Part shown: positions 28,340 to 38,989 of the stretch, one piece after another
How positions within the stretch are numbered: position 1 is the stretch's first letter
How the letters are laid out: every line of letters starts with the position of its first letter
DNA from: the human T2T-CHM13v2.0 reference genome, Homo sapiens
NCBI RefSeq assembly: GCF_009914755.1
Contig: NC_060932.1
Length of the DNA stretch: 64,000 bases
Strand: one strand, 5' to 3'
The notes under the pieces: model-generated
What the model was told of the DNA's origin: nothing
What the model saw: the letters and a program-made list of their open reading frames with translations, nothing else
Database searches by the model: none
Program-made: the position numbers and the translations under genes

Positions 28340-28590
28340 AAACATTTCCAGTACTTTTTATCCCTTCCTGTGAATTTGAGGTTCCATCAGGTATCATTTC
28401 CTTTTATCTTGAAGAACTTCCTTAATTATTACTTACAGAGCAGGTCTGCCAGGAGTAGATTTTTCTCAAGTTTTTTTTTTCTGAAAGTGTCCTTATTTCC
28501 ACCTTATTTTTGAAGAGTGATTTTAATAGATACAGAATTTTGGATTGATAAGGTTTCTTTAAAGCACTTTAAGGATATCCTTTCATTGGC
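28340..28590 (-). mobile_element. Old L1M fragment (end of ORF1) next to the RAB9A retrocopy
   Basis: TGAAGAACTTCCTT...GCAGGTCTGCC...TCTGAAAGTGTCCTTATTTCCACCTTATTTTTGAAG...ATAGATACAGAATTTTGG...CACTTTAAGGATAT, a typical reverse L1M ORF1 segment. Confidence 0.7.
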
Positions 28591-30827
28591 AACACCCAAA
28601 ATGTGACACTGCAAATAGGAAGTTGTAGAATGCGAAATAAAAGTGAAAGCTGCTAAGATCAAGGAATAAATATACCAAATTATTAGGATGAGTTTTCTAT
28701 GAAGATGAAAGACTCTCCTATTATGGTGCCAGAAATCTGAATGGAAAGAAAGACAATAAATCAAGTACTACTTTCTCAGTGACTAAGGGTGAGTTGTGAA
28801 AAGGTCAGAACATGACAGTAATGAAGAAGGGAGAAGCAAAATGTTCCTTGGTTTTTAAATCTAATACTCTTTCATTAATAGTTTTAAATATTTTTTTTTT
28901 AATCCAAAGTATTTACTGGGAATCCTTTGAGAGCGGTCTGCTTTTCTGCTTTGGGCTCTTTCTCTAGACCATTTCCTTTTTAACTGTGATGATTTCCCTT
29001 GACATCTTCTAACTTAGCAGAGTTGCCCCATCAATTGGGTTTTATATTGAATACTATGGTTCTGCTGAAAATTTAGGGGTAACTTTCAAATCTAATTTTA
29101 ACCCAATAATCTGCTTTGTAACTTTCTGTTTATTGACACTATATAGCAATAATCTTTTCTCATCTGATCTTATCCCATTCCACACTCTAAACTAGAACAA
29201 AGATTAGTAACTTATTGCTCACTATTTATCATTTGTTTTCCACCCATCTGGGTTATAAACATGTTATCTTTTCTATGCAGAGTGTCCCTTTAACCTATCA
29301 CTAAATCTTCCCTAATTCATTAATCCCAACTCTATGTAAGTTAACACCCTTTGTGAAACATTTCTAGATTAAACTTCAATGCCATATGATATCAAACAAA
29401 TTCTGGTTGCCCAAATTAGTCTCTCAGCACCTTGATTTGCCATTTTCTTTGTATCACATTGTTTTCTTTGAGGTTGTTGTTTCTTTGGAGTGCATGGCGT
29501 GAGATTGTATCTTAGATTTTCTCCTAGTCTCTTATCATATTGCATGTATCTGACTGCCTTATCATTCATAGCCTATCTACAGATAAAAATGGAAGAAACC
29601 TTCAGAAGCTTCTATGTTGTTTACTTTTTCCATTTACTTACATTATTAAGCGTGCATTATATGTAGTTTTTATAATATGAAGAGAAATTTAAATTGAATT
29701 GTGTAGAGATGTTTGCTTGCCTTCATTTTCTCAAGTAAAATGAGATGAAGTAATTCCTAAGATAATTTCCACCTGCCACATATAATTGTTTCAGATGAAT
29801 GCAAAAGAGGTCTCCTGTCTTTCTCTAAAAGTACAATAATTTTCCATCTTTAATAGCATGCAAACAAACTCAATAGCTTTAGCTAATCAGTTATTGTTCT
29901 GCTATCACTGTCCGCCTAAACTCAGTGTCCAGACTAATTTTGTGTGTTACCTTCTTTTTGTGTAACTCCATAACTTCTTCTAATACTTTTTGGTCTTAAC
30001 AGTCATACTCAAAATGCTCTTTAATATAAAAAATATATATTTGACAGGCAGGTCTAATAATGTATTACCAACCCAGTTAGCTGTACATATCTCAAAAGAA
30101 GCCTACATCTACCACCTTTTTGATCTCTTCATTCCTTGAGTGAACTCACTGAAATCTAGTTTTTGGCCCAATAATTTATTGTTGCTATTTCCAAAATATT
30201 ATAAAAGAATTTGCTATTTCTAAGTACGACTGTCACTTTTCAAACTTGACCCAACATGACTAAAACTAAATTTTGACCCTCCTTCCCCAATCAGCTTTTC
30301 CTCCTGCATTTCATCTAAGAAGTCTTTTCACTCAGCTGTTGCTTGAAATATTCCCTTGCCTTTATTTCCTTTATTCAGATTTTTTTTATTAAATCAATTA
30401 CCTTAAGCCAAGATTTTTAGAATTTCTCCTTCTGAACAGCATACTCTTACTGTCTTAGTTCAGTCATTCATGGTCTGTCACCTGTACTATTATAATAATT
30501 CTTTAAAATGCTTTCTTGCTTGTTTCCTTCTCTCTAGGCCCATCATTTATGTTGTCACAAGGCATCTTTCTTGAACACAATTATTTTCATGCCATTTACT
30601 TGATCAAAACCTTCAATGGCTCCTCACATAGAAGAAAATAAAATTCAAATTTCTTAGCATAATATTAAGGGGTTTCTGTAATTTGGACCTAATATTATTT
30701 TCCAGCCTCAATTCCCCATCCTCTCCTCCTCCATACAGTTCAGCTTCTAATCTCATTATTCTACTTTCTGTGCCATGAACACTTCAGCTCCTGTAAAGCC
30801 TCTTGCCTTTATTTCTGCTGTTGATCT

Positions 30828-31378
30828 TGTCAGAGGCATGTGGACCAGAGCAATTCCATCTTGAATAGGAGGAGCTAGGTAAAACGAGGCTGAGACCTAC
30901 TGGGCTGCATTCCCAGATGGTTAAGGCATTCTAAGTCACAGGATGAGATAGGAAGTTGGCACAAGATACAGGTCATAAAGACCTTGCTGAGAAAACAGGC
31001 TGCAGTAAAGAAGCCAGCTAAAACCCACCAACATCAAGATGGCGACGAGAGTGACCTCTGGTAGTACTCATTGCTACATTCCCACCAGTGCCGTGACAGT
31101 TTACAAATGCCATGGCAATGTCAGGAAGTTACCCTACATGGTCTAAAAAGGGAGTCATGAATAATCCACCCATTGTTTAGCAAGTAATTCAGAAATAACC
31201 ATAAAAGTGGGCAACCAGCAGCCCTCGGAGCTACTCTGTCTGTGGAGTAGACATTCTTTTGTTCCTTTACTTTCCTAATAAACTTGCTTTCACTTTACAG
31301 ACTAGCCCTGAATTCTTTCTGGCGTAAGATCCAAGAATCCTCTCTGGGCATCTGGATCTGGACCCCTTTCCTGTAACA
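30828..31378 (+). mobile_element. MER41A ERV1 solo LTR with 4-bp TSD
   Basis: TGTCAGAGGC...CCAGAGCAATTCCATCTTGAATAGG...GACCCCTTTCCTGTAACA; TSD ATCT at 30824-30827 and 31379-31382. Lacks the GAS segment (AAAAAGGGAG joins directly to TCATGAATAATCC). Confidence 0.9.
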
Positions 31379-31381
31379 ATC

Positions 31382-32096
31382 TGAAAAAACTGGCTTTGCA
31401 AAAATTATATCAGTGAGAAAATAATGACAGTGAAAGAGATCTGAGCTAACCCACCCAACAGGAGTCTTGCCTTTCCCCTAATCATTCCTGGGCTATTGGG
31501 CCAAGCTAACTTTGGAAGACATTTAGGCTATAGTTTCAATGATAATAGGCCTTGCCCAAAACTCAACTGCTTTTGTAAAGCTAATGGGAGGCCATCAGGC
31601 TGGGGAGAGGAGAGGAGCCTGAGTGTTGCTGGGGTGCAGACATAAATGATCGTCAGCCATTATTGCAGAGGTTATAAGATATGCAACTTCCCCAGTTACT
31701 CCTGCAAAAAACACCCACTATTGTAGATTGGCCTTTTGAGATACCTTCTCAGGTTTTTTGCATGCCTGACACCCATGGCTCTACCTGGACCCACCAACCT
31801 CATTCCTGTGGCCCCATTCAGAAACGATTCAGCCCACAGGAGGACAGCTTCCACTCCCCATGATTTCATCTCTGTCAGAACCAATCAGCAGCAAGTACCT
31901 GGCCACCCTAACCCCTTCTCCTAAACTGCCTTTGGGAAAATCCCTAACCTAACAGCTTTGGAGGAGATGATTTGAGTACAAACTCCATTTCCCATATGGC
32001 ATGGTCAGCCTCACGTCCATTATATTCTTTCTCTATTTGCAATACCATGGTATGTCTTTATGTAACAGGCAAGGAGAACCCCTTGGGCGGTTAAAA
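31382..32096 (+). mobile_element. LTR8-family (LTR8B-like) ERV1 solo LTR
   Basis: TGAAA..CTTTGCAAAAATTATATCAGTGAGAAAA...GGCCAAGCTAACTTTGG...TTTGTAAAGCTAATG...AAGATATGCAACTTCCCC...AACCAATCAGCAGCAAG...GAACCCCTTGGGCGGTTA. Confidence 0.8.
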
Positions 32097-32637
32097 ATTA
32101 CTCTCTCTCTACCACAATGCTGTGGTTTTTCTTTGTGCAGTGGGCAAGAATAACCCACATATCCATACCCCTCTCTGTTGAAATTCTATTTTTCTCTCAT
32201 TATTCTGATGAAATGCTTTTTTTCTATGAAGTTTTCCCTATTGTGGTAGTTAGAAATGATCACTCACATACTTGATAATGCTATGTTTTTACTTTTAAAA
32301 TTTTACTGATTAACCTTTCCTTGAGCTATGACTACTGTGTATATCTTTTGCCTTACTCAAGCATGAGTTGCTTGAAGGAAGGGACTGGGTCTATCCATGT
32401 GTGAATCTTCAGTGGCCAGCATTTATTTATAATTTATTTATATTTCATTCATATTTATAATTCAATAAACGTTTGCCAAAGGTTTTATACTGCTATTTAA
32501 ATTATACTTTTCAAAGGTATCATATTCTGAAGTACATATAAAATATATTTGGCTAGAAATATATTAAAGGATAGCTATCTATTGAAAAACAGCTGCACTA
32601 ATGATCTTGATTTTACCTAAATGATGTGTGAAGAACA

Positions 32638-33367
32638 TGTTAGAGTAGGTAGCTAGCGGGCATGAGGAGGGCAGGAGAGGGCTGTCCCCCACCCCACTAG
32701 GAATGTGAGGCAACCATCAGGTGATGGTCAGGCAGTTTTCACAGTGGCTCTCTAAAATAATAACTGGTTGCAGCCTGCTGCAGGGAAAGGCAGTTTCGTA
32801 ATAGATAGAAACACCTGTAACTGGTGATCAGCAACTTCCCAATAAGATCTCAGGAGCTGGGCGAGTAGGCTGAAGCTTGTTCACTAAGAGGCAAAATGGT
32901 GAGGTTTAACTGGTATGTGACCTTCTGGGGACATTCCACTGGTAAATGGAGGAACACCTCAAGTGAGCATGCATACAACTCCAATAAACACACTGTACAT
33001 GCTCCCTTCCCAAGCGCTAGAAGGCCATTGCACATGCAGACAACCCCCGCCAAGGGAAGAATCAGGGAGAAGAGATGCAAGACTCCAGAAGTATGCCACC
33101 ATATACAACCCAAGTCAAAATGTCAAATCCCGAACTTGTCCTCCAAGATGCCTGCTTGGCCCTCTTCGAAGTATACTTTACTTTCTTTTCATTCCTGCTC
33201 TAAAGCTTTTTAATAAACTTTTACTCTTGCTCTAAAACTTGCCTTGGTCTCTTCTCCTACCTTATGCCCCTCAGTTGTATTCTTTTTTCTGAAGAGGCAA
33301 GAATTGAGGTTGCTGCAGACCCATACAGGTTAACAGCTGGTAACTCAGATACCTGCCACCACTAACA
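32638..33367 (+). mobile_element. MER50 ERV1 solo LTR
   Basis: TGTTAGAGTAGGTAGCTAG...CCATCAGGTGATGGTCAGGC...AATAAGATCTCAGGAGCTGGGCGAGT...GAGGCAAGAATTGAGGTTGCTGCAGACCC...CTAACA; near-TSD AACA/AACC. Confidence 0.85.
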
Positions 33368-35169
33368 AACCAACCAACATATAGTGCCCTCTTTACTGTA
33401 GATAAGACAAGGGCAGGCCCGTGATGTGGGTTTTGAGCCAGTTCTATGGGTTCATATTTAGTCTTTGCGCAAATATTAGTGGTGTTCAGGAGTGGTTAGA
33501 GACCACTGTTTTCTATATTGAAAGAGGGCATGATTATCATACACTATCATAATATCAAGAGAAAAATATGCCACTTCAGCTCCTTTCCCCCTTTATAATT
33601 TTGCTATTTTCTTACCTCAAAAATGGATCCTACTAATTTCTTCCCTTTGGTAGCATCACAGATAGAACAGAATATACAAGCCAAGAAAAAAAAAAAGGCA
33701 GCTGCCCTTTACAGTTTTCAGTGCTGACAAATTTATTTTGGTTGCATTTCCAAATGTGCAAAGCCATTAACACAACTCCATTTGGCTAAAATCTCATTAG
33801 AGATCACTTCTGACATGAGGTCCAACTTCAGCCAGAGAACTGATTTGGGACACTTCCAGGGATTATCTTGTCATTTGAATATCGAGGAAGGAGAGGCTGG
33901 GTGACCCAAGACTCTGGACCTCCTTTCTCTCCTAGAGCTCAGGATCTCAGAGCTTTTGGCTCAGAACCTCTGCCAGAGTGAAGTTGTGGTTCTCCGAGAG
34001 ATGGGGTCATTGTTATTATTATTCCAGTCTCCAAGGCAAAATACATTGTGTGACCAGGGATGTAGGTAGTGCCAAAAACCACCTGGAAAAGACCCATAGC
34101 TGTCACAGGGCCACATTGAAATGTGAATCATTGAAACTGCTGAGCACTACAAAAACATGACAATTTTGTTTTTTACCCTCAGCCGGATGATAGTTAAATA
34201 AAAGGACCAAAGGTATTTAGAAGAATTCAACTTGCTAAAAGTGACATTTATTTTCTTCTGACTTACTATGGCCCACATGATGTTATTCTAACTGACCTAT
34301 TTAGAAACATTTAAGAGTAATATAACAAGCAGTTGGTGGAGGATTGGCAATTTTCTTAAGCTGGTTCATGCGTCACTCTGCTTTTGTTTGTCCAGCTGCC
34401 AGTATAAATTATGATCTGTTGAAGTGGATCTTGCTTGGCCTTCTCTGAAGTTGGCCTGAACATTTGGACAATCACATGGACCTCTTTCTGAACAAGTGCA
34501 TCATTTGATGGACTAATGTAGCTCAGATGATGCACAGATATTCTGTGAGCACAGAGGCAATCACTATTGGTGGGAAAATAAAGCAAGGAGAAAGACCAAA
34601 GGACACTTGTGTTTGTCCAGTTCTAAATGTTACTCAATGTGCTGGGACAGTGTGACACTGAGACCTCACTGATGTGTCTAGACATCTGGGATTTCACAGA
34701 TGTTCCCACCGAATCTCTTGACTGCCTATTTACCCTACGCATGCCTTCTTCCCTTCTCCTTGTCAGTTTCTTCCTCCACTTTTCCAAGTATCCACCTTCT
34801 TCAGGAATTGGCATAGGCTCCTCTGGCAGCTGGTCTGACCACCTCACACTGAGGCTGACAATGGCATATGAACAGTGTGAGAGACTGTGACCCTTAGGTA
34901 TAGAGTTGTTTCCTTTCAACCCATTTTTATTCTCTCTTTCACTACACTAAGTTCACTTTTGTCAAAAATGTAATTCTATTACTCCCTTTATGATGACCTT
35001 CCCAACCATGCACAATTTTTAAAGTTAGAAAATTGTCAGAACATGTTTCTTCTCCTCTTCCTTCAAAAATCTGGACATTCTCCTTCCTTTCATCCCTTGC
35101 CCTCCCACCTCCTCACTCTCACAATTTCCCCCCTCCCCTCAGGGTTCTTGGACACCAGCAGAAATGCCC

Positions 35170-35420
35170 TATATGTGCTATATCATATGTACATGTGTGT
35201 ATAATTGTGTGCCAAGTGCTTTTTGTATGTTACTTCTTTTTAATTCTCACAACAACCCAGGGAGGTAGATTATTATCCCTTTTTTAAAGAGGAAAAAAAA
35301 ATCAGGTTTAAGAAGGTTAGGTGACTTGCTGACAAGCCTGCAGCTGGGAAACAGTGGGGCTGGACATATGCTGGAGGTGGCTGTGTGTTTCCAGAGGATG
35401 TGCTCTCAACTGCCCTGCTA
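35170..35420 (-). mobile_element. MIR SINE
   Basis: TAATTCTCACAACAACCCAGGGAGGTAGATTATTATCCC...AGGTTAGGTGACTTGC. Confidence 0.65.
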
Positions 35421-36421
35421 GGCTGCCTTTCACTTCCCTCCCCTAATATAGGAAAAGATTGTGGTAAATGTGAGGCTGACACTTGAATAAGCTGGAGATA
35501 TCCTAGAGCTAGTAAAACAGAAGAAAGAATTCTTATGGCTTAATTGCCACCATCTCCTGGAAAAGAAAAATATATTTTTCTATGTTATAGGTTTTTTCAG
35601 CTTTTGGGTACCACTTGTTACTCTTCAGATCCTTGAAAAGTTGGCTTGAGGATGTGGTCTTTGGCCAAGTATACAAATATGGGGGAGTTAAGGGATTACA
35701 CTGCTGACGTTACATTGTAGTGGGAGTATGTACACTTAAAAAACCCTCTGTTTAATAAATGACTGAAAATTACAAGAAAAGTGGGTAATATGGGATGATT
35801 TTTCCACCACAATGTTGGGAAATTGTACTCTTTGCTTTAGTTACTGTTAATCAGAGATAGATATTGCACATTGTGGTTTGTGAAGGACAATTTGACTTGA
35901 GATGTTAAAGGGGCACACATAAAAGGTACCTGTCATTTGAGTTTTCAAGAGTTTAGTTTAATCAGAATGCAAAGATTTTTGTATCATTTTCTTTCACTCA
36001 TACTAAGGTCATTATTGTCTTTAACTTTCAGATGTGTAAATAACTGAACAACCAAAAACTATTTATTGAGTCTATATTATGTACAGATTACTTTTCTAGA
36101 TACTATGGGGGCAGAGACGATTATAGTCTTTGTCCACCAAGAAAAAAATAATTGTGGTTGTGTGGTAGTTAGCAGATTGATCCACATAAAACAGAGAAGG
36201 AATAATAAAGTATTTAGTCAAATACAAAATAGAGTGGTGTCATCTATAGGATAATTCAGAGAAGTGAGATAAACATTGGTTTGCACTACTTCATGTTGTC
36301 CCCAAAAAGGTTTTGAAACAAAAGACATGAGACAACTTGTGGAAGTGTTTAGATAGCTTGTAGGAAAGATCTGCAGAGGTGAAGAGAAAATGAGTTTACA
36401 CCACTGGGGAGACATACTGTG

Positions 36422-37613
36422 AAGGCTGGATGACAGCACATCAGTGTAAAACATGGCTGACTGAATATTTTAAGCCCACGATTGGGACCTACTGCTCAGA
36501 GAAAAAGATTTCCTTCAAAATATTACTGCTTATTGACAATGCACCTAGTTACCCAAGAACTCTGATGGAGATGCACAAGGGGATTCATGTTGCTTTCATG
36601 CCTGCTAACACAACATCCATTCTGCAGCCCACAGGTCAAGAAGTAATTTTTACTTTCACATCTTATTATTCAAGAAATACATTTTGTAAGGCTATAGCTG
36701 CTGTAGATAGTGAATCCTCTGATGGATCTGGGCAAACTAAATTAAAAACCGTCTGGAAAGGATTTATCATTCCAGATGCCATTAAGAACACTTATGATTC
36801 ATGGGATGAGGTCAAAACAGTCACATTAACAGGAATTGGAATGAGTTGATTCTAACCCTTATGGGTGACTTTGAGGGAATCAAGATTTCAGTAGAGGAAG
36901 TAGCCGCAGATGTGGTAGAAAAAGCAAGAGAACTAGAATTGGAAGTGAAGCCAGAAGATGTAACTGAATTTCTTCCATCTCATGATCAAATTTGAACAGA
37001 TGAGCTGCTTCTTATGAATAAGCAAAGAAACTGATTTCTTAAGATGAAATCTACTCATGGTAAAGATGTTGTGAATATTGTTGAAATGAAAACAAATAAT
37101 TTATAATATTTCATAAACTTAGTTTATAAAGCAGCATCAGGATTTGAGATAATTGACATCAATTATAAAAGAATTTCTACCATGAGTAAAATGCTATCAA
37201 ACAGTATTGCACACCACAGAGAAATATTTTGTGAAAGGAAGAGTCAACTGAGGGGACAAGCTTTATTGTTGTCTTATTTTAAGAAATTTCCACAGCAACT
37301 CCAAACTTCAGCAACCACCACCCTGATCAATCAGCAACTGTCAACATTGAGATGAGACCCTCCATCAGCAAAAAGATTACCATGTTGCTAAAGGCTCACA
37401 TGATAGGGAGCATTTTTTAGCAATAAAGTATTTTTAAATTAAGGTATGCACATTTTTAGGCATAATGCTATTTGAGCATTTAATATAATATAGTATAGTG
37501 TAAACATAACTTTTTATATTCACTGGGAAAACAAAAAATTCATGTGACTCATTGATATCCACTTTATTGTGGTGATCTGAAACTGAATCTACAATATCTC
37601 AGAGGTATACCTG
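36422..37613 (+). mobile_element. Tigger1 DNA transposon, 3' half, with decayed DDE transposase (ORF 36430-36849)
   Basis: The ORF reads [33 protein letters not shown]...[32 protein letters not shown], the pogo/Tigger1 DDE domain, followed by stops. The 3' TIR ...ATATCTCAGAGGTATACCTG|TA ends at 37613. Confidence 0.92.
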
Positions 37614-37779
37614 TAGTCTATTCTGGTATTATTGAGTTTGAAGTTATCTCTTAGAAGGTAGTGTGGAGTATGAGGTTGGAATTTGAGTGAAAAGTTTAGT
37701 CTGAAGATAAAGACCTATAGACAATTTTCTTAGAGAAGTACTATTAAGAGATAAGGGACTCAAGGCCTGAGATTTAAGG

Positions 37780-38272
37780 CAGTGGTCCCCAACCTTTTTG
37801 GCACCAGAGACTGGTTTCATGGAAGACAATTTTTCCACAGACGAGGGAGGGGGTTGATTCAAGTACATATTGTACACTTTATTTCTATTATTATTGCATT
37901 GTAGTATATAATGAAATAATTATACGATTTACTGTAATGTAGGATCAGTGGGAGCCCTGAGCTTGTTTTCTCACAGCTAGATGGTCCCATCTGGGGTTGA
38001 TGGGAAACAGTGACAGATCATCAGGCATTGGATTCTCTTAAGGAGTGCACAACCTAGATCCCTTGCATGCACAGTTAACAATAGGGTTCATGCTCCTATG
38101 AGGATCTAATGCTGCTTTTGATCTGACAGGAGGCAGGGCTCAGGCAGTAATATAAGAGATGGGGAGCCCCTGTAAATACACACGAAGCTTTGCCGGCTCG
38201 CCTGCCGCTCATCTCCTGCTGTACTGCCCAGTTCCTAATGGGCCATGGACTGGAACCAGTGGGAGAACCCTG
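37780..38272 (-). mobile_element. MER1A (hAT-Charlie) with 8-bp TSD
   Basis: CAGTGGTCCCCAACCTTTTTGGCACCAG...GAACCCTG; perfect TSD ATTTAAGG at 37772-37779 and 38273-38280. Confidence 0.92.
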
Positions 38273-38813
38273 ATTTAAGGGATACCAAAAGTTACAAGGT
38301 AAAAGTGAGGAGGGGCAAATTAAACTTATTCAAAAACTGTCCTGAAATAAGTAGAACTTGTGAAAAATTTGAGTCATGGAAAAGTAAAAATTGTAGAGAA
38401 AGTCTACTGAAAAGGCTGGGAAGGGAAGGAATACTTGTAGATGTGATATGCTTCATTGTGAGTGAGATGCCTCCCTTCCACATTTATTTCTTTCAGAAAT
38501 GCAAGAAAACAAGGTTGCAAGTTTGAAGATTTAATTTTAAGAGAAAAAAAGATGTATTTCTCTAAGAATGGGGGTGAGGGATACTAAATTAGACATAGGC
38601 ACACACACACACAAACAATGTTGTGAGATAGAAATGAGAGTAAATTTGTTCGTTTATTCATTAATTCAGCCCATGCTTACTATTGTGCTAGGTATGTGTC
38701 AGCCTAGGGGGAGTCCAGGGATAAATGAGACAGTCTTCTCCTTATCATATTACCTGGTGAAGGAGGTGAGTGTGAAATTAACTGGCGACTATAACTGTAT
38801 ATATTCTTCTAAG

Positions 38814-38989
38814 CCAGTTGTTCTTGTGGTCCCCAGACCAGCAGTGTCATCAACAACTGAGAATAAGTTAGAAGAATAAATTTTTGAGCCCACTCCAGTC
38901 CTACTAAATCAGAAACTCTAAACCAGTTAATGGTGTGTTAACAAGCCCTCCAGGTAATGCTGATAAATGCTCAAGTTTGAGAGCCTCTG
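38814..38989. mobile_element. MER5A (hAT-Charlie)
   Basis: GTGGTCCCCAGACCAGCAG...CCTACTAAATCAGAAACTCT...TAACAAGCCCTCCAGGTAATGCTGAT...AAGTTTGAGAGCCTCTG. Confidence 0.8.

Noticed and set aside
36430-36849. 139-aa transposase ORF as a domesticated gene (TIGD/CENPB-like)
   Set aside because: It is a 5'-truncated Tigger1 with no DNA-binding domain. The conserved QPMDQ is altered to QPTGQ, and stops follow in the downstream transposase region.
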